DNA of 64,000 nucleotides, taken from Albugo candida. Taxonomy: Eukaryota. Under the pieces are notes generated by a model. That model saw nothing but the letters and a program-made list of their open reading frames with translations, had not been told where the DNA came from and searched no databases. Both the position numbers and the translations under genes were made by a program. The stretch is taken from assembly GCA_040437565.1 (NCBI GenBank), contig JBDOQK010000044.1, forward strand, positions 124,001 to 188,000. Direction: 5' to 3'. This document shows, one piece after another, positions 1 to 12,500 of this stretch (position 1 is its first letter; every line of letters begins with the position of its first letter).

Positions 1-834
1 CCAAGACCCAAGTAGAATGACGCTTTGAGGAGTATATGTCGACGACATACTGGTGACGGGCAAAAGTTTTCAGAGAATCGAGTCGACATTTGATAAACTA
101 AATAAACTAATAAGGCTTTCCTTCCAGAATATCGGACCCATCAGCAAATTTTTGGGCATGACGAAAAGTATAAAGTTTTCTAGTCGTAAAGTATGCACCA
201 AACCTGAGAACCACTTCAGAAACGTTTTGAGGTGCAAATTACGCGGCGGGTGACGAATCGAGATACAATATATCGGTACAGCATTTCTTTTGTACGGAAT
301 GCCGATCAGCTGGCCATGCAAGAAGGAGCACTTCGTGTCATTATCGGCGATGGAAGAAGAGTTTGTAGCAGGATCGAAGGTATCGCAGCAATTACTTGAA
401 CCAGCTGAGATATCCAAAGACTTGAAAGTGACAATGAAAGAGTCAAAGTTTTTGTGTTTAGTCACTTTCTTAACGAAAGTACTCCAATCAAGGCCAAAAC
501 ATCGAAGTTCGAATAAAATTTGCAGAGCTAACATTGTCAAGCGAATTGTCGCACCCAGCTACATGCATTCATTGGTTACAATGGTCGAATGCAGACGAAA
601 GAAAGGCGTTTCCAACACCAAAAAAAGAGATTTTTCTAACCAAGAGAGCTACGGTGCGAGTTGAAGATAACCCAAGTTCAAGTGCAACCAAAAGGAAGGA
701 GTGCTGGAAGGACATAAGAATGTGTTCAGCTTTCTAGTCGCGCCTGGTCCTCACTTTAAACGATTAGATAGGATTTCATTTTTTTTAAATAAAAGTCAGT
801 TTTGGCAAGTTGTAAGGCTTCTTTCGGATCAACA
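1..834 (+). mobile_element. Degenerate 3' end of a Ty1/copia LTR retrotransposon (RNase H remnant, polypurine tract, putative 3' LTR ~702-834)
   Basis: ORF 290-664 contains GMPISWPCKKEHFVSLSAMEEEFVA, resembling copia RNase H (ISWxSKKQxxVALSTxEAEYVA). A purine tract at 690-701 is followed by TG...CA (702-834) containing AATAAA. Confidence 0.7.
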
Positions 835-1651
835 GTGTTGCGTGGGCTCTCTCTGTCACATGATTTAATTTGCGATTAGTCTGCGTTTCATCAGCGCTAA
901 AGCCATTGTTTTGTCAGGATATTCGATTATTTTTCATGCTCCTCTCAGCGATGCTTAGTTTTCACATTTAGCTTGCTCTCGTGTACTACAGAATAAAGAT
1001 CGTTGTACATTGTAATGTCATTGTATAAATTACGAATATTTACCGAAAGATAAGGTAGATACGAGCATTCGAATGAATGAAGACTTCATTTAGCGCCTTA
1101 AAAGTCACCTGAAGATGGTCGTAATGGGACAATTACACCGCTCGATTTGTCTATGTCGAAAAGCAGCTAGTTAGAATTCTAATTCATAGAACATGATAAA
1201 CATGTCCAAACGACGAATCGTGCGAATTGAACCAAGCAGTGATGCAGCCCACAACCATGCTTGCGCACATTTATAAAACATGTTTTCTGTATCTTATGCT
1301 CAGCGGTATCAATGCAACGGCTCCAAGAAGTCGCGAGCGATGCAATTACATTGATAAATCGCTGCATTGTATTTTTGGCTAGTCACACTATGAGTTTCGA
1401 TTGATACACAATACAAGTAGCAAGAATGCCAAAGAAATCCTGAAAGATAATGCTTGCAAGAAGGGCACATTTGATAAATATGGTGTAACGTTTCAATTCA
1501 CCTTGGTGAGTCATCAGAGTTTGTGTCAATGCACCGTGTCGATGTAATGTTATACGTAGTAATAATACCCATTAGAATTAGAAGATAGCTGACAGAAGGA
1601 AATGGGTGGCTAACGATCTCGTTCTCAATGCCGTATTGAGGATGAGATACA

Positions 1652-2310
1652 CTATACCATCCACCACCGCGGATTTTCTTCAAGTGCACATTGCGCCCGA
1701 TGCAGCATTTCAATTTGCTCAGGCCTCGTAGAGAGTAAGTTTTCTCCATCTTTCATCGTAACCTTCAATATTGTAACGTCATGATCATATAAAAATTCAC
1801 AAGACTCGAAACCTACCCATTTACGACATCGGAATTCTTTTTCAGCCCAGAAGTCAAACTCCTCACAGCCAAGAACGAGAAATCCATGATACCTACACAA
1901 ATTCCCTTTCCTGCTTTCAAAATCTAATATGCCGAGCTCAGCAACGACGCGACCTGTAACCTAATACGGTTCACTCTGTCATAGAGCTTTTTAGATCAGC
2001 GCATGCACGCTTGACGTACCCCTGCTTCTTCCTCTGCTTCTCGTAAGGCGCATTCTTTTGCTGTCTCATCCAGTTCCCATCCCCCCTTCGGCAAAATCCA
2101 CGCATTTGAATTTTTCGAGCTCGTGATCAACAAGAGTAGTGGCTCGAAATCAAAATTTTCTTGCGAAGCGAGCTCAACCACGTCCTTACTCCTCCTTATA
2201 GTATTTTTTACAATAACTGCACAAGCGACCAAGCGCACATCGTTTTCAAATCGCTGATTATTTCTTAAATTGCGAGGCATCAAGTATTGACTTCGAGTTG
2301 TGACTTGCAT
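1652..2310 (-). CDS. Nudix hydrolase, DIPP (diphosphoinositol polyphosphate phosphohydrolase)-like; probably 3 exons (introns ~1961-2018 and ~1763-1816)
   Basis: Complete Nudix box GGWELDETAKECALREAEEEAGV preceded by WILPKGG. GT-AG introns join the ORFs into ...AG/VTGRVVAELGILDF...FWAEKEFRCRKW/VTMKD. Confidence 0.85.
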
Positions 2311-2369
2311 CGGTTCGCTTTCAACTTGATCGCGATTTGCGCACTTAAGTTAAATATTTCTTGGTAAGT

Positions 2370-4360
2370 CTCCGTTAGATCATCAATATACGACCTCCCA
2401 CACGGTCCTTCAACGCTTGCTTCGTACTGTCTTGATGTAGTAGGAATATGTACTCGAAAGGGTTACCATGGACAAGTCATCGTGTCTTACAGCCTGGTCC
2501 TCGAATTAGAGGGGTAAACTGAGCATGGAGTGTAAACATTGTTATCCATCGTGCATACATACCGACCAAGCACAAAGACTAGGCATCTGTATATGTCATT
2601 CCGCAAAACTCAAGTGAAGAGGAACCTATGCATAATGATGTCGCCATGGTTCACAAAGACGAGGAACTACAGGAAGGCATGATTGCCACGATTTCAGCTA
2701 CCCATGAATCGGTCAAATTTTCGTGAAGAGCGTTTGGCATCAAGTTCATTTGGCTGAAGGCTAGCTTGCGCTTGTGTCAAACTAATCATCTCGACAAACG
2801 ACACCTCACCTTTACATATTGTGGGTAAAAAAATATCGCGCGGTCTGGTCTCGTGTTAGCTTCAACAATCGGTAGAAATCTTCTTTGGTGCCGAGGCAAA
2901 AAGTGAATTTTAGGTCGAATCAAAAGTCTTTGTCGAGCATTGTCGGAAGTCAGATAGGTGTTCGAGCTCGATAGGCGGAATTGTTCCGAACGAGTCGTAG
3001 TACCAGAGCATGTTTAAGTGAGCCAGTATCTGCTGTGTGGAGAATCTGACCAAGAACTTTCATCGAGGCATTGCCATTTGGATTTTCAGAGTTGTCGTTT
3101 CGCATCGTCTGCTTGGATTCGCGTAGCTGAAGGTGCTAGGCCTCGGTAATTCCGAATATCCTCGAATTACAGCTGAATACTTTGAATGTATGCAATGTAC
3201 AATCAAGACACTCAAGCAGAGAAAATTCTGAGCGTTGTGTGTCAAAATTTATAGGCGCACTCGTCGCGCGAGCATGACGTCCTATAGTTTTGTCTATGTT
3301 GATAATCAACGACCATAAAGTAAATACCTGTCCAGGCCAAACATGGTGTTCTATAGACAGTGAGGTCTCTTAAATGGGGCTTGACTTCTGGGCTGAGAAA
3401 AATATATTGTAACTTGGGATCTTTCTGCGCAGTTCCGATGACGCTTTGCTTCCATCATGTACGAGCATTTTCGACCGCACCTGTGTGCTAGCCGATATGC
3501 GATTTGGTAAATCTTTTCCTTGTATTTTTCTGTGGTATCTATGATTCCTCACCGCATGAATGACGCGAAGTCTTCTAGCCTCCATGAAGTTTTGTCGACT
3601 ACTCCGAAGAGAGAGACCCTGATCAGAATGATATAGCAGTCTGTTGGCGAGATCATTACTACTTCTGATTAGCGTATGCGGCTGTTCTTGTTTGCATGAT
3701 ATCGTGGCCATTTTCTGTGTGATATTTTTTTCCGTCGAATAATTTGCAATACCTATGATATGATCCAGTGTGGCTGATTATTAAAACAGATCGAGTATGC
3801 CTGGTCGCGATTGATTGTGGTGTCGAATGAAGTTTAACGTTTCTGTGCGAGAGATTTCAAGAAGACTGGCGTAAAATTTCTCTGATTGTTTCGAGGAAAG
3901 TCTCATGTGACGTGGTCTAGATGCTCCTAATATCACCAAGAGTTTTCTGGACATCTTACATTGCAAGATGACAGCGGTCCGGTCAACATACATCCAGTAA
4001 GGGATGATAATCCGCGAGACTTGGAAGAAGGAAGAGGCATGATCTTACCATTTGTTTGCTGTGTCTCGATGAGAACCACCGCCGTTTTTTACTTTGTAGA
4101 GCACAAATGTTAAGTAAGTACCGAGTCGTGATCCCAATCTATGCATATCTTCTTTATGTTGGAATATAGGTCATGACGAATGTTCATGCCTAGTTGCGGG
4201 CTCTTAAGATATCTAAACAAAGAACAGTCAATATTAGCGGCTGCCGGCATGGCCCCAGGTAGGGCGTCAGCCCACCAGTGAAAAATCGAATCGAAAAGTC
4301 TTAGCGGGTCTTTCGATGTATTTCTCTGGGCCATCAAAGGCATAACGTTGGCCATCACCG
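2370..4360 (-). mobile_element. Highly degraded copia-like pol fragments
   Basis: Minus-strand peptides YIDDL (~2375-2390, RT YxDD), LFRYLK..IDWD and MYVDRTAVI..RPRHM (RT/RNase H-like), interrupted by stops and frameshifts. Confidence 0.4.
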
Positions 4361-6125
4361 AGTAGCTAGATCAAAACGAGATAGTGATAATTAGCATATT
4401 TGTATGCAGTTTCAACTAGAATCGAGTTTCAGTCGAATAAAGTTTAACTTCTTTCAGATCTTCTTTCGTGATTTTTTTTCACCCTTTGAATGCCAAATCG
4501 AATGGTTTGCAGTGCTGAAAGGACAAAAAAAGCGGACGCTATCTCTATATATTCTTATAATATAACAATATTAGATACAGCACACATTTTTGTGAACGAT
4601 TTCAGGAATTCATAAGTACCCACATACACAGCATTCATAAACATTATTCGTTCTACTCATGTCCTCCGAAAACAAGAAGATAGTCTCAGCCAATTACATG
4701 CACATCTTCACCGAATTGGATGCCAATTTTTGTCAAAGAAGCGAGCGCATTATTATCCCGACAAAGTATGGAGACTTACTCGAGTGAAGTTCATGTGGAA
4801 TCAGGAGGACATAATGAAATGTTTGGTTCTGTTTTGCTCGAAGCCCAACACCAAATGTTGAGTTTACATTTTAATAATATAAAAGCTTCGAAAGGATTGC
4901 GAATACACTGAAATATCAGTGGGAATCCTACAATTTTATGAAGGATCCCACAAGTAATGCACTAAACAGTTTTGACGATAGCGCGACCATGTCCAGGAGA
5001 TGATTTTACTTGAAGTTGATCGACAAAAATGGGAGATTCATCATATCATTGACTAGAAAAGGAACCGGAAGAGATGGGGTCTGAAAGGATCATTGTGCAA
5101 TTCCACGACTCGCTTTCCAGCTAACATATAGATCTTGACGCTGGTTATCACCGTCTCCACCTTAAAGTTCACGATTCAAGCACTTGTCTAGTTACCGTAT
5201 TTTATATATTCTTGGACAAACGCAATGGCGACGTTGAAGTGTTTTCTGATCAACTCATACGCGATGGCACTGCAGATTTTACTCGCCTGGTTTCCCCTTG
5301 ATGTATATTGGCTTCCCGTCAATTTACAATTTTACCAAAAGTCGAAGTTGAGGTCATGGGTTTGGATTTCTCCCTTTGCTATGAAACTCGATGGCACTTC
5401 CATTCATTCTCCTGTATGGTTCCGATTTGAAATATGTATACCTCCAAAATCCCATTGCCAATTCGATCGGATTGATGTCACCGATGGACACAGTATCTTA
5501 TTTATAAATATATACAGTTGTCAAAATCTGTTCCGATGACATCAATATCTTTATCTCACAGCTCGACTTCTCAGTAGAGATCCGGACTGACTCTGGCTGA
5601 GTCTATTTAAATGCTTATCTTTCACACTCAACTTTGTCGCTTGTCGCGCCAGTCAAGACAAATTAGATTACACCCAGTATTACTTACATTCTGTAGTTTT
5701 TATCAGCTTGACACAATCAAGCTACATATATGCTACTTTCAATCTGATTCTGATACGCTAACATGCAGACATCCGATGTGTACCGTCACTGTATGTTAAT
5801 CAATAACATGTTACAGATGATCACAAATTTCATAGACTAGAAAATCAGAATTTCATCACTTCAAACAGTTCTATTCAATACTTTACTACTTTTCTTTCCT
5901 ACTTTCGCAAATCCTATAGCAATCCTTTTGTCACTTAATTGACTCGTAGTCAACATTCATCACTGTAACCATAATGGAATACATTGCGGCTTTCCACACA
6001 TTTTCTACGTTTCCAATATTTCCAAACATTCTCCAGACAAATCTCACTTTCTCATCATATCGATATACGTGCTTGACAACTTTGTAGCCACAACCATATT
6101 CCATTCGTCAGTACATCTCCTCTAC

Positions 6126-7270
6126 TCATTTGAAGCAAAGATCGAGCCATGGTACCATATCCTCTTCGTCATTAAGAGGCGATAAAGGGACTTCCCATGT
6201 GCCAGGCTCCACATTTGCTAGATCTAAAAGTAATTCATTTTCGAAAGTATCCGATCTGGATGATAACGCAGACGAAGTTGTACTTGGCAGATGCGAAACA
6301 AATTCCCATGGCGATGTATTGGGAGAACCTTCCCCGATTGGATCTTCAGCATCTGTCAGCGATTCCGCTATTTGATTTTCTTCGTTTTTACCATCGTATC
6401 CAAGTGAGAAATCACAATCCTCCCGTAAAAAATCTTCAATCTCAATGTCCAAAGGATCACTGTACACGATCGTCGAGTCCTTTCTCGGTGATTGCTCATG
6501 TGCCATTAATTCTTGCTTCAACTGAGCGTCTGATGTGAGAACATACCCCGTTTCTTTTTCATTACTCCATCGTTTATCTCCCATTTGTCCTTCTGCCGAC
6601 ACAATAGATCGACATAAATCTACTGACGATAGTACTGGTGCCATTCCAGGCTTCAATATAGGCGACATATTATCAGCTGCTAGAGGTTTCGCTAGAGGTG
6701 AGTAGCACACACCATTTGAGGATCCTAAGGTGCTCGCGAGAGGAGCATTCAAACTCAATGAGGCCGACTCGTTGCTTCTAGTGGCTGCCAATGGATCGAA
6801 CCATGGATCCTTGGCCTTGCCTGCCGCTCTTCGTTTGATGTGAACCAGTAAGTCGGGACGCCCCTTACGAAAATAAGAGTGTTGATAGATTGTCAATTGG
6901 CCTTCTTGTACGCGATAAAAGCTGTAAAAGTTCAACTGTCGGATCAAGCTAGAGAAGCGGCGATGACGAAAATATTTAGGCAGACAGTGCTCCGCCATCA
7001 TTTTGGGGTCAACGATACAGAATGCTGTTCCTCCTACACAGGCGTTAAGTGAGTGTGTGGTATACTTTGTAACAAACGCTCGTGTATACCTCGAATCCAA
7101 GCGACAATGCTCGAAGGCTCAGTGTCTACCATGCGATAGAGCTTGCCGACAAAGGATCCCGAGCCGCAACTATCCTGCGCATCTGTATCCGATTTGGGAA
7201 GTGATTTCAACGTGCTTGAAGTATGACGTCGCTGCATCTCCATGATGGTGTTTCTTGTCAGTGTGCTCAT
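6126..7270 (-). CDS. HSF-type DNA-binding domain transcription factor (2 exons, intron 7034-7089)
   Basis: Splicing gives SFVGKLYRMVDTEPSSIVAWIR-GGTAFCIVDP..LPKYFRHRRFSSLIRQLNFYSF..YQHSYFRKGRPDLLVHIKRR, a canonical HSF DBD. The C-terminus is acidic. Confidence 0.92.
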
Positions 7271-8425
7271 TCACTCAAATTCGCAGTCGAGTAAGTTGAT
7301 GTGTGCGCGTGATTTATTCAGGCGAACTGATTTTGAATGATTATATGATGGGTTTTGATTACTTGAGTCTCGAACTGTCAAATCGCTTGCGCGGGTTCTC
7401 TGACTTTTTCCTAAATGAGGGTTCAACAATACACGGCCCTCTTATAAAATACGCATGTTTTAGGGTAACGCGGTAGTTTACAATTAGTGATCAGCTTATC
7501 TTCAACATCAAATCATCGTAAGTAATTTAAATCGTATCACAAACTGGTTGCGTTACTCGTAGATACTGTTTGCAATCAAATGACTTGTGTAATTGTAAGA
7601 GGCCAACTGACCCAGAGTCACATCGAACGTTCGCGAAGTTTTGAATGGCATGGCAATATATTATCTGATTTCGAGAATAGATTACGATGTAGGGATAGGG
7701 ACCAAGTAATTTTACAAGTACCATCATTCTGCTTGTTGTGTCTTACCATTTCCGGGAGCTTTACCAACATTCCTAGAAAAGTAATTATGTGGGTGAAGCG
7801 GTTAGGGCTAATATGAAACGCACCAATAGAATAACCTCGTTGGACAGAGTACCAGATAATTCATTTGCGACATGTCACCAAATAATCAGCACCGTATGAC
7901 ACGATCTTCAACACATGAGATTATTTTACAGACATGTGACAAGCACAAAAATTAGGCGTCTTGCAGTTTTAGACTTGTGTCTGAAGTCCATATAATCTTT
8001 CCTAAAATATCAACGCATCTTTTTTCAAGCTTCACGGCGGATTTTTCTCTCATGCTATTGAGGGACGCCCAAAGTGACAGAGCGAGTATAAGCACATGGC
8101 CCAATACAGCATGATTATGTAGTACATCGTAGGACTTAGCCATATGTACATTACATTCAACTGGATTGCCGAGTAAAGCACTGACATTTGACTGAGAATA
8201 GCACGCATTCCGTGAACGTCATAACTTCCATGTCGTTACTAACTCTCGCAGTATCCGAGCTTTGAAAATGCGATATTTGATCAAGCACACGAATGTCTGA
8301 TTGGCTAATGCCCGAACTACTAGCCAGTAATATCTGATTACAAATACCATACTGAATTGCAGATGCGAATCAAACGCTCTAATAAAACATCAGCGTTGCG
8401 GCTCACCGGGTATAATTCACTTGTA

Positions 8426-8464
8426 CACCAATCGATTGGTGCACGCACTACTTGTGTTCACTTT
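8426..8464 (+). promoter_or_regulatory. Core promoter of the Ubl-eL41 gene: palindromic double CCAAT box and Inr-like TCACTTT
   Basis: Perfect 16-bp palindrome CACCAATCGATTGGTG at 8426-8441. TCACTTT at 8458-8464 matches the oomycete initiator YCAYTYY. A putative 5'UTR intron (GTGAGT..TAG) lies at 8499-8552. Confidence 0.5.
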
Positions 8465-8582
8465 CTGCTGACTGCTCTGCCCGAAAGACGTTTTTGGGGT
8501 GAGTTGATTGCCACGTTGATCAATTGACTTTTCTTACGTTTGTGTCATGTAGCATTTGAGCATCCAGGAGGATCAACAAATC

Positions 8583-8879
8583 ATGCAGATATTCATCCAT
8601 ACGCTTTCCGGAGCTCAACAAGTTCTCTCAATCGAGCGCGACGCTTCTGTTGAATCTGTCAGGCAATGGATTGAAGATACCGAATCCATCTCCGATTTTC
8701 GCTTAGTATGCGCGGGAAAACAAATTGAAAGTGGCCTGCTTTCAAACTACGGAGTTGAAGAAGCCGATACGCTGAAGATTCTTCTACGTCTTCCAGGTGG
8801 AATGCGTGGAAAGTGGCGGAAGAAACGTACGCGTCGTCTTCGTCGTAAGCGCAGAAAGATGCGTCAACGTGCGAGATAG
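8583..8879 (+). CDS. RPL41: Ubiquitin-like domain (73 aa) fused to ribosomal protein eL41/eS32 (25 aa)
   Basis: [10 protein letters not shown]...[26 protein letters not shown] is a ubiquitin fold. It is followed in frame (8802-8879) by [25 protein letters not shown], 20/25 identical to human eL41 [25 protein letters not shown] as recalled. Confidence 0.93.
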   Translation: [98 protein letters not shown]

Positions 8880-9580
8880 AAACTGTTGCAGGTTTTAGTG
8901 TATCTCACACTTAACGGGTCGACCTCCGGATTCAAGCACTTTTATTTCGATGAATAAAATAATACCATTTTGATTTGTTGAACGAAAACTTGTTATCTAT
9001 CTGTGGCAAACTCAAACTACATACTTCCTATTCGTTCTGCATATATAAGCAGACAAAACAAGACGACTTGAGTGCATACTTTCGCGAGACGACCTGTAAC
9101 CGTGCGCTTCTGCATCAATGAAATTCACTGCCGTTGTGCTGATAGAATTCCACAAGATGCGACATCACCCGACGACAGAATACTTCTCTGCACCCACAAC
9201 CTGCATGTCACGCGTGCATTTCTGTCAACTGTATTTGATGCTGTCATGAATTCGATATGAAAGTTTCTGACACATTCCATAAATCGTGTTATCCTCGCAA
9301 ATTGAAACAGATAACCGAAATCTCAATTTTGTAAGAAGATAATCTATAATTGAACAATGAGCGTTTTGACCGCCTCTTCGCAACTAAGGAGCTTCCATTG
9401 GACGCATGCACTTGATATGAAACGATTAGTGTGCAGCTAAAAGTACCTTAGACACCCAATTACCTTGCATCTTGTTCCGGAGTGGTGCAACGAATCTCTT
9501 GAGAATTAGCATTGCGCCTACACCGTTTGGAACAACGTAATCCGCATATCTGAGAAAAATATTTGGATCAGTCCACACAT

Positions 9581-12500
9581 ATGAACCCGACTTCTAGCAC
9601 TGAAAATTTGTTTCGGTTGGTCTCCTTGCCTGGAAAACTAACCAGTCAAGAAGAATCTACGGAACCGTTTTGCTCCAATGTCGTGATTACGTCAAAGTAT
9701 ACTGTATGGAATTTCTTACCAAAATTTCTGTACGAATCTTTCCGAAAGGTACCTTGAATCATATTATGACATGGTTTTATCTTCACTGAAGCTTTATCCA
9801 ACTTTGTAGCTTGCAAACGCTTATTTTTTATTAGTTTCGGTTCTGCAATTGATACCTGACATAACTAACACAGGTGGAATACCAACCAACCTTCCAGTTC
9901 TACTCTTCATATTGTCCATTGATGGGGCGCTTGCAATCATTGAAGATCGGCGCCGACACCAGGCTGATAAGGATGCAAATCGAGCGAAATGCCATATTAT
10001 AACGTCTACATATGCGGGTAATTACAACTCGGTTGCTATGACACAAACAGACGATAGTGACATCTGTGACATATACTGGTCGGACCTCACAGTTGGTACC
10101 ATTGTCAAATTACACAATCGAGAAACTGCGCCAGCCGATTTATTGGTACTCGCGGTGAATGAGCCAATCCCTGAAGAGCCTGCTGGAATCTTTTATATTG
10201 AAACCAAGTCTTTAGATGGAGAAACCAATCTCAAACTACGTCACGCAATCAAAGTGACTACAAACGTGCCAAACGCCACGGCAATATCCAAATTGAGAGG
10301 ATTTGTGCGGTGTGAGCAACCCAACCGCGTGATTGGACGGTTTGATGGTACAATGACAATAGAGTCTCTCACACCACACTCCGATGTACCAGAAATAGTG
10401 CATGAGCCGATCTCCATAAAAAATATTATCCTTCGCGGATGTCAGTTACGCAACACAGAGTGGATGTACGGTCTTGTGCTGAATACCGGTTCGGACACGA
10501 AGATCATGCAAAGCGCTTCATCTCCGCCAATCAAATGGAGTTCGATCAATCAATCGGTCAATAAAATGATTATTTGGCTATTTCTCATGCTATGTCTATG
10601 CTGTGCTGCTGCCTCCACGTGCCAGATTGTGTGGCTTCATGTTGAAAAACGGGCCGTAACGTATCATTTGAATTGGTACGATATACAATATGGTACACAG
10701 TGGTTCGTCAGTTTCGGATATTATTTTTTATTGATGTACCAAATGATCCCAGTGTCACTGTACGTCACGATCTCTATGGTAATGTTTTTGCAAGCGATTT
10801 TCATGACATGGGATTTGGATTTGTATTACGAAGCACTGGATTCTCGAATGATTGTACGATCCTTGGGATTAAATGAAGAACTGGGACAGATCTCATACGT
10901 ATTTAGTGACAAGACTGGGACACTTACATGTAATGTAATGGAATTTAGAAAATGCAGCATCAATGGCGTATCTTATGGTCTTGGAAGTACGGAGATTGGT
11001 CGAGCAGCGCTTAAACGCAAAGGCATAGTTGTGCAGGAACAAATAAATTCGAATCCAAGCGCCAAGGTTCCATATGTAAATTTCAGTGATCCAACACTTT
11101 GCTCCATTTTGGAACGTACCGAGAAATCGATCGTACCAAATTGCCTGGAAGCCAATTTTTTCTTACATTTGAGTTTATGTCACACAGTCGTACCTGAACG
11201 CATTGAAAACAGCGATCAGGTTGGACTCTCAGCCTCTTCCCCAGATGAACAAGCGCTCGTGAGTGCCGCCAAGTACTTTGGTTACGCTTTTGAGTCGCGT
11301 GGCTTAGCCACTGCACGCATTCGGGTTCGTAATCAAGCATTGATGGTCCCAAACACCTCGACCGAAGCGTCCCAATTGCTCGAGTTCCACATTCTGAATG
11401 TATTGGAGTTTACGAGTGATCGAAAACGTATGTCTGTGGTCGTTCAATTCCCCAATGATGATTTCTGGCTGTTAACAAAAGGCGCAGATAATGTGATTTT
11501 CCCGCTACTCTCACCACATCAAAACAATTCAGAGATACTGAAAAAGACACTGGAGCACCTGGAGACATTCGCAAACGATGGATTGCGGACACTCACAATT
11601 GCTTGGAAACCATTACAACCTCAGGAATATGCTGATTGGAGTCGAGAGTATCGATTGGCTACGTCGTCTATGGAGGAAATCGATAAACGAAAACACGGCC
11701 TTCCAAACGCAATTGACCGACTGATGGAAATTATCGAGAAAGACCTCATCCTTTTAGGAGCCACTGCCATCGAAGACAAGCTCCAAGCAAATGTAGGGCC
11801 AACTATTTCGAATCTATTACGAGCAAGTATCAAGATTTGGATGTTGACAGGCGATAAGGAAGAGACTGCGATCAACATCGCATACGCGTGCCAGCTTGTG
11901 GATAACGAAATGCAGCAATATATATTCAATTGCGATCTATGTCCCACACCGGACACCCTTTTGAAGCGTTTGGCCGAAATGCAAACATCAGTTCGAACAG
12001 ATACACACCGGAAAACACTTATCATTGACGGTGAGTGTTTGGAACTCGCATTTGGTAATGATGAGTGTCGCGAAATCTTTCAGCAAATTGCGATCCAAAG
12101 CGATGCGGTCGTATGCTGTCGTGTCTCACCGAGTCAGAAAGCCGAGATTGTGAATGTTGTTCGTACCACTCGCCCTCTGGCACGCACACTTGCGATTGGA
12201 GATGGTGCCAACGACGTCGCAATGATCCAACGAGCGCATGTAGGAGTGGGGATTTGTGGTCAGGAAGGAATGCAAGCGGTCAATTGCAGCGATTATGCGA
12301 TCGCTCAATTCGCGTTCTTGGAAAAACTGCTTCTTCATCACGGTCGACTCAATTACAAGCGCATGTCCGTTCTTGTGGGGTACATGTTTTATAAAAACAT
12401 TGTGATGGTATTAGCGCAGTATTTCTATATGTTTACATCGGGCGGCTCGGGACAAAAGTTTTATAGTGAATTTTACTTTCAATTATATAACTTGGCGTAT

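Noticed and set aside
1652-2310. Avr3b-like Nudix RxLR effector
   Set aside because: No signal peptide or RxLR motif; it looks like a housekeeping DIPP-type Nudix.
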